Shown here piece by piece: positions 38,030 to 47,024 of a DNA stretch of 64,000 bases. Position numbers and translations under genes: made by a program. This stretch comes from Planctomycetota bacterium. Its GTDB lineage: Bacteria > Planctomycetota > Planctomycetia > Pirellulales > UBA1268. Where the stretch lies: the NCBI GenBank assembly GCA_016872555.1, contig VGZO01000014.1, forward strand, positions 4,834-68,833, in the 5' to 3' direction. The notes beneath the pieces are model-generated. The model saw only the letters and a list, made by a program, of their open reading frames with translations. It did not search any database and was not told the origin of the DNA. The first letter of the stretch is position 1. Each line of letters begins with the position of its first letter.

Positions 38030-38263
38030 GCGGCGGCGTCGGGCGTCCGCGGGATCGGGCCGGAGCCGACGGTGCGGCCCCCGCCAGCGCGGCGGCCGGG
38101 GCGGGGTGGATGGGGAGACGGCGGAGGGGGCGGAAACCAGGGTTGTTCGCCGGCGGCGAAAACCGTACGGTGCCCCGGTGGCGATGCTCGCCCCGCGGCG
38201 CCGCCGCGCCGGTCGCCGTGACCGGCGGCAAGGGCCGCGGTTTCCTCCGCGACGGGTGACCCC

Positions 38264-39241
38264 ATGGTCGGTTCCGCGCACGCCTCCTCCACGCTCCCCC
38301 TCGGCATCCGCGACGACATCACGCAGTGCATCGGCCGCACGCCGCTGGTGCGCCTCCGCCGCGTCACCGAGGGCTGCCACGCCACGGTCGTCGGCAAGAT
38401 CGAGAACATGAACCCGCTGTGGAGCGTGAAGGACCGGATCGCCTGCGCGATGATCGACGCCGGCGAACGCGAGGGGCGGATCGGCCCCGACACCGTGATC
38501 ATCGAGCCGACCAGTGGCAACACCGGCATCGGCCTGGCCTATGTCTGCGCCGCGCGCGGCTACACGCTCCGCGTGACGATGCCGGAGAGCATGAGCCTCG
38601 AGCGCCGGCGGATGCTCAAGGCGCTCGGCGCGGAGCTGGTCCTCACGCCGGCGGCCGAGGGGATGCCGGGCGCCGTGCGCCACGCCGAGGACATCAGCCG
38701 GACCAGCGAACGCTACTTCATGCCGCAGCAATTCAAGAACCCGGCCAACCCCGAGATCCACCGGCGCACGACCGCCGAGGAGATCTGGGCCGACACCGCC
38801 GGGATGGTCGACATCCTCGTTTGCGGCGTCGGCACCGGCGGCACGATCACCGGCTGCGGCGAGGTGCTCAAGGCGAAGAAGCCGGGGCTCAAGGTGGTGG
38901 CGGTCGAGCCGGCCAACAGCCCGGTGATCTCGCAGAAGCTCGCCGGCGAGCCGATCAAGCCCGGGCGGCACACGATCCAGGGGATCGGAGCCGGGTTCAT
39001 TCCCGAGATCCTCAACCTCTCGATCATCGACGAGGTAGTGAAGGTCGACGACGAAGACGCGATGGAGACCGCCCGTCAGATGGCCAAGCGCGAGGGGTTG
39101 ATGTGCGGGATCAGCTGCGGGGCCGCCGCCTGGGCGGCGCTGCAGGTCGCCCGACGCCCGGAGAACTCCGGGAAGATGGTCGTCGTCGTCCTTCCCGACC
39201 TCGGCGAGCGCTACCTGTCGACGCGGCTGTTTCCCGAGTGA
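38264..39241 (+). CDS. cysK: cysteine synthase A (O-acetylserine sulfhydrylase)
   Basis: [25 protein letters not shown] (PLP lysine), [34 protein letters not shown]. Confidence 0.92.
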   Translation: MVGSAHASSTLPLGIRDDITQCIGRTPLVRLRRVTEGCHATVVGKIENMNPLWSVKDRIACAMIDAGEREGRIGPDTVIIEPTSGNTGIGLAYVCAARGYTLRVTMPESMSLERRRMLKALGAELVLTPAAEGMPGAVRHAEDISRTSERYFMPQQFKNPANPEIHRRTTAEEIWADTAGMVDILVCGVGTGGTITGCGEVLKAKKPGLKVVAVEPANSPVISQKLAGEPIKPGRHTIQGIGAGFIPEILNLSIIDEVVKVDDEDAMETARQMAKREGLMCGISCGAAAWAALQVARRPENSGKMVVVVLPDLGERYLSTRLFPE

Positions 39242-39250
39242 GCCGGCCGG

Positions 39251-39967
39251 TCAGGCCGGCGGGGCGTCGCCCAGTTCGAGCTTGAGGCGCCGCGGCATCC
39301 CGATCCGGCCGAACATCCCCACGCTCCCCTTGGGGAGCCCGAGGAACTCGAGCTGCTCGAACCATCCCGGCACCTCGGCGCCCAGCTTGCCGACGGCCGT
39401 GCCGCGGAGATCGAGGCGCCGCAGCCCCTTGAGCTCCTTGAGCTGGAGCAGGCCGGTGTCGGTGAGCGTGCCGCCGGCGAGGTCGAGCGTGTGGAGGTCC
39501 TTGAGCGACTCGGCTCGGAAGCCGACGAGCACCGCGAAGGCGTCATCGGCCTTCGGCCCGCGGAGCGTGATCCGGACGAGTTTGTCGGCGACGTGTCCGA
39601 AATCCTCGCCGAAGCTCTTCCGCAGCCAGTCGGTCTCCTCCATCTCGATCTCGCCGCCGCGTTCGATCGTCTCGGCGGCCACGTCCTGCTGCTGTGAATA
39701 GATCTCCACCTTCGACGCCAGCCACTCGAGCTTCGAGGCCTTGAATTTCACATACTCGTTGGCCTCCTCGTAGGCCTTCTGCAGCCGGATGAACGCCGCC
39801 GGATCACCGCCACGGTCGGGGTGGGCCGCCATCGCCCGGGCGAGGTAGGCCTGCTTGACGTCCTCGGCCGTCACCGGGGGGAGGAGACCGAGGATCGTCA
39901 GGCACGCCGGATGGTTGGGATCGGTGCCCCGCTGCGGACGGCCGTCGGCGCTCTTCTCGGTGGACAT
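39251..39967 (-). CDS. J-domain (DnaJ-like) protein with a C-terminal leucine-rich-repeat region
   Basis: ILGLLPPVTAEDVKQAYLARAMAAHPDRGGDPAAFIRLQKAYE carries the HPD motif. The C-terminus has LHTLDLAGGTLTDTGLLQLKELKGLRRLDLRGTAV (LRR units). The ATG (MSTEKS) at 39967 is in frame with the track ORF. Confidence 0.7.
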   Translation of the reverse strand: MSTEKSADGRPQRGTDPNHPACLTILGLLPPVTAEDVKQAYLARAMAAHPDRGGDPAAFIRLQKAYEEANEYVKFKASKLEWLASKVEIYSQQQDVAAETIERGGEIEMEETDWLRKSFGEDFGHVADKLVRITLRGPKADDAFAVLVGFRAESLKDLHTLDLAGGTLTDTGLLQLKELKGLRRLDLRGTAVGKLGAEVPGWFEQLEFLGLPKGSVGMFGRIGMPRRLKLELGDAPPA

Positions 39968-40221
39968 GGCGCGGGTACCTGGGGGAACTGGGGGAACGAC
40001 GGGGTGGAGCGTATCGCACGAACCCAGGGTCGCCAACGTGGGTCGTTCCCGGTCGACTACGCCGCCGCGGTTCGCCTTGATCGCGTTTCCTCCGCGGCCT
40101 ATCGTCGCGGTCGATGATCGGGGCCGCACCCGCGGTCTCCGCGGCGGCCATCGCGCCGGCACGACGCCGGGGAGCGGGCCGCGGGATCTGCTCGCGCGAC
40201 GTGCCAGGGAGGGCGACCGTC

Positions 40222-42231
40222 ATGCCAGGGGGAGAGTCGTCGGGTTTCGGATCGCGGTCGCTTGCCGCGTTGTCCGAGAATCAACGTGACCGCGCGACCG
40301 GCCGCTGGCGCCGGCCGTGGCTCCGCGAGGCCCTCGTGGCACTGGCGGTGATCGCCGCCGCCATCGGGTGGCGCGCGACGACCGGCGACAGCCGTGCCGT
40401 CGCCAAACCGCCGCGGCCTGCCGAGCCGGCCCCGGTCTCCCGACCGGCCGACGAACTGGTGGCGTTGGTCAACGGCGCCGAGATCCGGCGCGGGCAACTG
40501 GCGGCCGAATGCCTCGCGCGCCACGGGCGTTCCGTGCTCGATTCGCTCGTCAACAAGCGGATCATCTCCCAGGCGTGCCGGCAGCACGGGATCGTCGTCT
40601 CAGCCGCCGACGTCGATGCCGAGATCGACACGCTCACCCGCCGCTTCAACGTGCCGCGTGCCAAGTGGATCGAGATGATCGGCCGGGAGCGCGGTGTCAC
40701 GCCACGGCAGTACGCCGACGAGATCGTCTGGCCGATGCTCGCCCTCCGCCGCCTCGCCGCCGGGGCGGCCGATCCGACCGCCGAGGAGATCGCCGACCTG
40801 TACGACAACCAATTCGGTCCGGCCGTCAAGGCGCGGATCATCGTCGCCGGGTCGGCGGCGGAGGCGGAATCGCTCCGCCGCCGCGCGCTGGCGGCCCCCG
40901 ACGAATTCGGGGCCCTCGCCCGGCAGCACTCCGTCGACGTCGGCAGCGCCAGCGCCAACGGCTGGGTCCAGCCGGTGCGCCGGAACTCCGGCGAACCACG
41001 CTTCGAGGCGGTGGTGTTCGGGCTCGCCGAGGGGCAGATCTCCGACGTCGTCCAGGTGGCCGACCAGTTCATCGTCGTCAAGTGCGAGGGCCACCTGCCG
41101 GCCGCCGACGTCAAGCTCGCCGACGTCCGCGACCAGCTCGCCGCCGAGCTCGCCGAGCGCAAGAGCCGGGAGTCGGCGACGACGGTCTTCCGGTCGCTGC
41201 GCGACGCCGCCACCGTCGTCGACGGCCTGGCCGATGCCCGGGCGGCTGGCGGTGCCGCGGCGCTGGTCAACGGCGAGCCGATCCCGTTCGACGAGGTCCA
41301 GGCCGTCTGCCTCGAGCGCCACGGCACCGACGTCCTCGAGGTGCTCGTCTCGCGCACGCTCCTCAAGCAGGCCCTCGACCGCGGCGGAGTTTCCATCGCC
41401 CAGGCCGACGTCGATGCGGAGATCGCCCGGGCCGCCGAGCTGATGGGGTTCCGCACCGCCGCGGGCGAACCCGACGTGGCGGCGTGGCTCGACAAGGCGA
41501 CGCGGGATCAGGGGGTGCCGCTGCAGCACTACCTCGAGGACATCGTCCAACCGACCGTCGCGCTCAAGAAGCTCGTCGGCACGGTCCCGGTGACGCGCGA
41601 GGACCTCGACCGTGCGTTCGAGGCCACGTTCGGCCGTCGCGCCCGCTGCCGGATGATCGTCCTCGACAGCCAACGGCGGGCACAGGAAGTCTGGCAATTG
41701 GCCCGCCAGCAGCCGACCGCGGAGCGGATCGGGGACCTCGCCGAGCGTTACTCGGTCGATCAGGCGAGCCGCGGACTGCGGGGCGAGGTGCCGCCGATCC
41801 AGCGCTTCGGTGGGCAGCCGGCGCTCGAGCGCGAGGTGTTCGGTCTCCAGGCCGGCGAGCTGTCGGGCGTGGTGCAGATTGCCGACCGCTTCCTGGTGAT
41901 CTACTGCGAGGGCTTCACCGAGCCAGCGCCGGTGACGTTCGAGGAGGTCCGCAACGAACTCTACGACGACATCCACGAGAAGAAACAGCGGATCGAGATG
42001 GCGCGGATGTTCACCCACCTCCGTGAATCGGCGGCGATCGACAATCATCTTGCGGGCACGAGCCAGTCGCCCACGGCGGCTCCCGCCGGCGCCGTGATCC
42101 CCGCGACCGCCGGGGTGCCCGCCGAAGCCCCGACGCCGCGCGCCGGCAGCCGGCGCGGCACCGCATCCGGCGACGGCGTCGTCCCGGCGTCGCTCGAAGC
42201 GCCGCCGGGAGCTCGGGGCGTTGGCCGCTGA
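40222..42231 (+). CDS. SurA/PrsA-like peptidyl-prolyl isomerase with two chaperone+parvulin modules
   Basis: N-terminal TM anchor LVALAVIAAAIGW. The module VNGAEIRRGQLAAECLARHGRSVLDSLVNKRII...ARIIVAGSAAEAE...DVVQVADQFIVVKCEG is repeated as VNGEPIPFDEVQAVCLERHGTDVLEVLVSRTLL...CRMIVLDSQRRAQ...GVVQIADRFLVIYCEG. Confidence 0.8.
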   Translation: MPGGESSGFGSRSLAALSENQRDRATGRWRRPWLREALVALAVIAAAIGWRATTGDSRAVAKPPRPAEPAPVSRPADELVALVNGAEIRRGQLAAECLARHGRSVLDSLVNKRIISQACRQHGIVVSAADVDAEIDTLTRRFNVPRAKWIEMIGRERGVTPRQYADEIVWPMLALRRLAAGAADPTAEEIADLYDNQFGPAVKARIIVAGSAAEAESLRRRALAAPDEFGALARQHSVDVGSASANGWVQPVRRNSGEPRFEAVVFGLAEGQISDVVQVADQFIVVKCEGHLPAADVKLADVRDQLAAELAERKSRESATTVFRSLRDAATVVDGLADARAAGGAAALVNGEPIPFDEVQAVCLERHGTDVLEVLVSRTLLKQALDRGGVSIAQADVDAEIARAAELMGFRTAAGEPDVAAWLDKATRDQGVPLQHYLEDIVQPTVALKKLVGTVPVTREDLDRAFEATFGRRARCRMIVLDSQRRAQEVWQLARQQPTAERIGDLAERYSVDQASRGLRGEVPPIQRFGGQPALEREVFGLQAGELSGVVQIADRFLVIYCEGFTEPAPVTFEEVRNELYDDIHEKKQRIEMARMFTHLRESAAIDNHLAGTSQSPTAAPAGAVIPATAGVPAEAPTPRAGSRRGTASGDGVVPASLEAPPGARGVGR

Positions 42232-42296
42232 GCGGGCTCGGTGGGTGACGGGGGCCGCCGGCTGTAGAATCGGCGGCGACCGAGGAACCCATCCCG

Positions 42297-43616
42297 ATGA
42301 CGACCCCCGCCGACCTGCAACCGCCCATTGACGCCGCCGACGAGGCCGATCGCTCGACCGCCACCGCCGACGGCCCCACCGATCTGGCCGCCGACCGCGG
42401 TCCCGGCACGGCGCCGCCGCAGTTTCGCCTCGCCGATCGCGTGGCGAGCCTGCCCCCGTACCTGTTCGCGCGGATCAATCAGCTCACCTACCAGCGCCGC
42501 CGGGCCGGCCACGACATCATCGACATGAGCATGGGCAATCCGTCGGATGCCCCGAGCCACGCGGTGATCGACAAGCTCGCCGAGGCGGCCGCCGACCCGC
42601 GGAACCACGGCTATTCGCCCGCGCTGGGAATCATGAGCCTCCGCCGCGAGGTCGCGTCGCGGTATCTGAAGAAGTGGGGGGTGCGGCTCGATCCGGAGTC
42701 GCAGGTGATCGGTACGCTCGGGTCGAAGGAGGGGTTCGGCCACCTCTGCCTGGCGACGATCGGGCCCGGCGACGGCGTCGTCGTGCCGGCCCCCTCCTAC
42801 CCGGCGCACGTCTACGGCGTCGCCCTCGCCGGCGGCACGGCGCACCTCTTCGACACCACCGACCCGTCCCGCTACCTCGCCGACATCGCCCGCGCCGCCG
42901 AGACGGTGCGGCCGAAGATGGTGATCGTCAATTTCCCCCACAACCCGACCGCCACGGTCGTCGGCCCCGACTTTTACCGCGAGGTGGTTCGCCTGGCGCT
43001 CCGGCACGGCTTCATGGTCGTCTCCGACCTCGCCTACGCCGACGTCACCTTCGACGGATACTCGAGCCCGAGCATCCTCGCCGTCGATGGCGGCGACCGC
43101 GTCGCGGTCGAGTTCACGACGATGAGCAAGGGGTTCAACATGGCCGGCTGGCGCGTCGGCTTCTGCGCCGGCAACCGCGAGATCGTCAAGGCACTGGGCA
43201 CGATCAAGACCTACTACGACTACGGCATGTTCCGGCCGATCCAGATCGCCGCCATCGTCGCCCTCCGGCATGGCGAGGCCGACGTCGAGGCCCAGGCGAA
43301 GATTTACGAGCGGCGCCGCGACGTGCTCTGCGAGGGGCTGGCCCGGATCGGCTGGCCGGTCGCCGTGCCGAAGGCCTCGATGTTCGTCTGGGCGCGGATG
43401 CCGGAGTCGCTCACCAGCCGGATGTCGAGCATGGATTTCGCCGCCAAACTCCTCGAGGAGGCCGACGTGGCCGTCAGCCCCGGTGCCGGTTTCGGCGTTG
43501 CCGGGGAGGGGCACGTGCGGATGGCCCTGATCGAGAACGAAAGCCGGATCCGCCAGGCGGTGCGGCAGATCGGCCGCTCCCTGGCGGCCGATCTGCGCCC
43601 GTCGTTGACCGGCTGA
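42297..43616 (+). CDS. class I/II PLP-dependent aminotransferase (AlaA/AspC-like)
   Basis: LPPYLFARINQL, IDMSMGNP, GYSPALG, PSYPAH, NFPHNPT, SDLAYADV, TMSKGFNMAGWRVGF (PLP lysine in SK). The N-terminal ~45 aa extension is acidic/disordered, so the start is uncertain. Confidence 0.88.
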   Translation: MTTPADLQPPIDAADEADRSTATADGPTDLAADRGPGTAPPQFRLADRVASLPPYLFARINQLTYQRRRAGHDIIDMSMGNPSDAPSHAVIDKLAEAAADPRNHGYSPALGIMSLRREVASRYLKKWGVRLDPESQVIGTLGSKEGFGHLCLATIGPGDGVVVPAPSYPAHVYGVALAGGTAHLFDTTDPSRYLADIARAAETVRPKMVIVNFPHNPTATVVGPDFYREVVRLALRHGFMVVSDLAYADVTFDGYSSPSILAVDGGDRVAVEFTTMSKGFNMAGWRVGFCAGNREIVKALGTIKTYYDYGMFRPIQIAAIVALRHGEADVEAQAKIYERRRDVLCEGLARIGWPVAVPKASMFVWARMPESLTSRMSSMDFAAKLLEEADVAVSPGAGFGVAGEGHVRMALIENESRIRQAVRQIGRSLAADLRPSLTG

Positions 43617-43630
43617 CGAGAGCTTGTCGC

Positions 43631-45226
43631 TCAGCCCAATTCCGGGAGGGTCGCCTCCGCGGCGGCGGCCTCGCGCAGCTTCTCGAGAGCTTTGGCCTCG
43701 ATCTGCCGGACGCGCTCCTTCGTCACCCCCAGTGCCGAGCCGACCTCCTTGAGGGTCTGTGGCTCGTGGCTGTGATCGAGACCATAGCGGCGGATGATGA
43801 TCGTCTGCTCGCGGGAATCGAGCCGGTCGAGGAATCGCCCCACCTGGCGGAGCCGGTCGCTCTCGACGAGCCGCGACTGGTGCTCGTCGGCGCGGGTGTC
43901 GGCGGCGGTTTGGAGAAGGTCCATGTCGGCGGCGCGGAACCGCTCCCGCCGCCGATGCTCGTCCGGAATCGTCCGGGCGAAGTTCTTCATGATCGCCCAC
44001 GAGGCGTAGGTGCTGAACTTGTTGCCGCGGGCGTAATCGAACTTCTCGACCGCCTTGATCAGCGACATGTTCCCGTCGCTGACGAGGTCGAAGAAGCTGT
44101 CGCCCGACGACACCCGCCGCTTGGCGATCGACACCACGAGGCGGAGATTGGACCGGACGAGACGGTTCTTCAGCGTCACCACTTCCTCGTACAGGCGCTC
44201 GATCTGGTCCATCAGGCGGCCGCTGGGACGCTGCGGATCGAGTTGGGAGCGGAGCTCGCTCGCCTTGTACTTGAGGTAGTTGAACTTGCGGAACAGCCAC
44301 ACCTCCTGCTCGCGCGTCAGCAGCGGGACCTCGTAGAGGCTCGCCAGGTAGGCCGGTAGGCCCGACGGGCGGCGGACACGGCGCGTGGCATCGTCGAGCC
44401 CGGGGAACGGCTGGTTCACGACCTCCTCGGCACTGCGCCGGGCGAACAGCGCGTTGGGGATGTAGTCGAGCGGCAGCTTGAGCACCTGCTCGCAACGCTG
44501 GGCGAGGATGATCCGGTAGATGCCGGCCCGGCTGCGATGGTAGCGCTGGGCGATCGAGTCGACCGATTCACCGCCGAGGTGGAGCTGGTAGATCCGCACG
44601 CAGACTTCGGGTCGGAGGTTGCCGTCGACCGCCGGAAAGACCTCGGCACCGGGGTGCTCGCGGTCGTGCTGCTTGATCGTGTAGCGGATCGTCTCGACGC
44701 TGCGGTTGAGCCGCCGCGCGATCCGCCGGTGGATCTCGGCGGGGGTCGCACCGAGACCCGCCAACCGCCGCGCCCAGGCGATGATCCGCGCGTGTTCGTC
44801 GACGGAGAGTTGGCTGAAACGCGTGCCGCGCTCGACCCGCAGCGGGTTGTCGGCCACGAACCGATCGACAGTCGTGGGACGGAAGCCGACCCGGCGCCGC
44901 CCGCCGAGTTCGATCGTCTCCGGGACCAGTCCGTGCGTCCGCCACCGTGAGATCGTCTTGGTGGAGACGTTGAACCGTCGCGCGACGTCCTCGATCGACA
45001 GCAGCGCGGCAGAGTCGCCCCGCGTCTGTTCGGCCGGGAGGGCCACGGTGGCATGCCGTTGGCCGTCGTCACCCTGATCGAACTGATCGAACTGATCGAA
45101 CTGGTCGAACTGGTCGAACTGGTCGAGATCGTGGCCGACGGTCAGCCCCGGCGCCGCACCGGCGCCCGAGAGATTCCGTTCAGCCTCGAGAAACCGGACA
45201 AGAGAATCGTCTGCTGTCGAGCGCAT
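43631..45226 (-). CDS. sigma-70 family sigma factor (group 1/2-like core) with a ~270-aa N-terminal extension carrying extra HTH modules
   Basis: Core: LTREQEVWLFRKFNYLKYKA, NLRLVVSIAKRR, DLVSDGNMSLIKAVEKFDYARGNKFSTYASWAIMKNFARTI (region 2), LKEVGSALGVTKERVRQIEAKAL (region 4.2). N-terminus: LLSIEDVARRFNVSTKTISRWRTHGL (MerR/excisionase-type HTH) plus two further HTH-like blocks. The start is the ATG at 45226; the ATG at 45301 is also possible. Confidence 0.85.
   Translation of the reverse strand: MRSTADDSLVRFLEAERNLSGAGAAPGLTVGHDLDQFDQFDQFDQFDQFDQGDDGQRHATVALPAEQTRGDSAALLSIEDVARRFNVSTKTISRWRTHGLVPETIELGGRRRVGFRPTTVDRFVADNPLRVERGTRFSQLSVDEHARIIAWARRLAGLGATPAEIHRRIARRLNRSVETIRYTIKQHDREHPGAEVFPAVDGNLRPEVCVRIYQLHLGGESVDSIAQRYHRSRAGIYRIILAQRCEQVLKLPLDYIPNALFARRSAEEVVNQPFPGLDDATRRVRRPSGLPAYLASLYEVPLLTREQEVWLFRKFNYLKYKASELRSQLDPQRPSGRLMDQIERLYEEVVTLKNRLVRSNLRLVVSIAKRRVSSGDSFFDLVSDGNMSLIKAVEKFDYARGNKFSTYASWAIMKNFARTIPDEHRRRERFRAADMDLLQTAADTRADEHQSRLVESDRLRQVGRFLDRLDSREQTIIIRRYGLDHSHEPQTLKEVGSALGVTKERVRQIEAKALEKLREAAAAEATLPELG
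45074..45127. repeat. in-frame 9-bp tandem repeat x6 inside the sigma-factor gene
   Basis: (ctgatcgaa)x3 (ctggtcgaa)x2 ctggtcgag on the plus strand. On the minus strand it encodes LDQFDQFDQFDQFDQFDQG. Confidence 0.95.
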
Positions 45227-45557
45227 GGCATTCCTCCAGGTCCGGCGATCCCTCGCCGGGGGGTGGGTCGGAGCGGCCCCTGATGGCCCCGACACCGTCA
45301 TCGCGGAGAAACCGTCGACGTCGTCACCGACGCATCGGAGGGCGTTCGCGGCACGGACCCGCAGGTCGATGTGGCCGCCGATCGCTCGTCCGGAAAATCG
45401 CGGGAGTCATCCCTGACACCCGTCTGCCCCGTCACGGGTCGCCAAAGTTATACGCCCATGGGCCCGAAATGTTCTGCCGCTCGGAGGGTGATCTTGACTT
45501 TTTTCCTGGCGCGGCTCCGCGGCCCCCTTCTTGCCCCGATCATCTGCTCTGAAGTTG

Positions 45558-45573
45558 AACCACTGCAGTGGTT
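45558..45573. other. perfect 16-bp palindrome in the long sigma/infC spacer
   Basis: aaccactgcagtggtt equals its own reverse complement. It is located in a non-coding, visibly AT-richer stretch. Confidence 0.9.
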
Positions 45574-46055
45574 TAGGACGAGGCCCTGAATGCGCCTGAG
45601 ACACCTTCCCGACCGAGACGATCAAAGAGTCCGTTCGGTTTGGGAAGGCTGGGTCGATGGACACTTTGGCCGACCTTCGGCCGAAGACCTCCCGAACGGC
45701 CCGGCGGGAGGCGGTCCGCGGCTTGACTGATAGGGAAACCTGTGGGATTCTGCGAGGTTCTCAGGGACGAGTCCATCGGTCTCCGGCATTTGCCTCGACG
45801 CGTCAGCCGGTGATTCAGGACCGTTGATGATCGCCTCCGTGAGGTGGCGTTCGCGATCCTGCCGATGTGGATGATCCGGGCTGACGTCGGCTCCCGGCCC
45901 TGTCGGCAGGGCCGCGGTGTCTGGGTTGCGACCGGCGCGGGATTCCTGCGGCGTGTTCGTAGCTGGCCTCGAGTGGCAGCTTCGGGTGTGCGGCACCGCG
46001 GACGAGACGCGGTGGGTGGGACAAAACGAGTCGTGCCCCGCGGGCTCGTGCCGTC

Positions 46056-46616
46056 ATGCGGCCGGTAACGGCCGTCGGCAGGCGCGGGTTTCATTGGTCG
46101 ACGGAGTCAGCAGCCATCGAGAAGCAGCATCGCATCAACGAACAGATCCGGATCTCGCCGATCCGGGTGATCTCGGCAGAGGGGGCCCAGCTGGGCATCA
46201 TCTCCACCGACGAGGCGATGGCCCGGGCCCGCGAGGCGGGCCTCGATCTGGTCGAGGTGGCACCCAACGAGAAGCCGCCCGTCTGCCGGATCATGGATTT
46301 CGGCAAGTTCAAGTACCAACAAAAGAAGAAACAGCACCGCACCCACGTCCACCAGACGAAGATCAAGGAAATCCGGCTTCGGCCCAAGACCGGCGACCAC
46401 GACATCGAGTTCAAGGTCAACCAGGCCCGCGGATTTCTCCAGCACAAGGACAAAGTGATCGTGTCGGTCGTGTTCCGTGGACGCGAGTTGGCCCACATCG
46501 ACGAGGGGCAGCGGGTGATGCGCAACATCCTCGAACAACTCGATCCTGTCGGGAAGGTCGAGTCGCCGCCCCAGCAGATGGGACGCCGGCTCGTTTGCAC
46601 GCTCACCCCCCGTTGA
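46056..46616 (+). CDS. infC: translation initiation factor IF-3 (true start possibly the AUC at 46116)
   Basis: [67 protein letters not shown]...[42 protein letters not shown]. Confidence 0.9.
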   Translation: MRPVTAVGRRGFHWSTESAAIEKQHRINEQIRISPIRVISAEGAQLGIISTDEAMARAREAGLDLVEVAPNEKPPVCRIMDFGKFKYQQKKKQHRTHVHQTKIKEIRLRPKTGDHDIEFKVNQARGFLQHKDKVIVSVVFRGRELAHIDEGQRVMRNILEQLDPVGKVESPPQQMGRRLVCTLTPR

Positions 46617-46667
46617 CAGCTGCCGCACAACGTTTCGAGTCACCCCGTTTTTCCGGAGAGTCGGCCG

Positions 46668-46871
46668 ATGCCCAAGCAGAAGACGCACAAGGGGGTACGG
46701 AAGCGCTTCCGTCTCACCGCCAACGGCAAGGTGAAGCACCGCCGTGCCGGCACGAGCCACCTCCAGGTGAGGCTGACGGCGAAGCGGCGGCGGAATCTCC
46801 GCGGCACCGGTGTTCTCGCCTCGGTCGACACGCCGAAGATCGTGGCGGCCCTCGGCAAATACAGCTACTGA
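46668..46871 (+). CDS. rpmI: 50S ribosomal protein L35
   Basis: MPKQKTHKGVRKRFRLTANGKVKHRRAGTSHL is the canonical L35 sequence. Confidence 0.93.
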   Translation: MPKQKTHKGVRKRFRLTANGKVKHRRAGTSHLQVRLTAKRRRNLRGTGVLASVDTPKIVAALGKYSY

Positions 46872-47024
46872 TCCGCCGCGCCGTTCGGCGCCGACCATTC
46901 CCGGGGCGTTCCCCGCGGCCGGCGGCGAGTGTCATTCCCCAACCGATCCCCGTCGTGTAGCCTCTCCTCTCCAGAAACAGACCACCTCCGGGTTCATCCC
47001 GGAACGATTCCGGAAATCCGAGCC

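Noticed and set aside
38030-38263. The 234-nt GC-rich leader upstream of cysK as a riboswitch or T-box.
   Set aside because: I could recognise no conserved T-box or S-box-like elements. The sequence is simple GC-rich with short hairpins only.
39979-40050. Direct repeat ctgggggaa x2 and a 9-bp inverted repeat (gggaacgac ... gtcgttccc) in the J-domain/PPIase divergent spacer, considered as a tRNA-like or sRNA gene.
   Set aside because: There is no T-loop (GTTCGAATC-like) or D-loop signature and the length and arm geometry are wrong for a tRNA. With a single copy I cannot distinguish it from an ordinary promoter-region hairpin.
45074-45127. Tandem repeat considered as a possible CRISPR or other non-coding array.
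   Set aside because: The unit is only 9 bp with no spacers. It lies in frame inside the sigma-factor gene and encodes DQF repeats, so it is a coding microsatellite.
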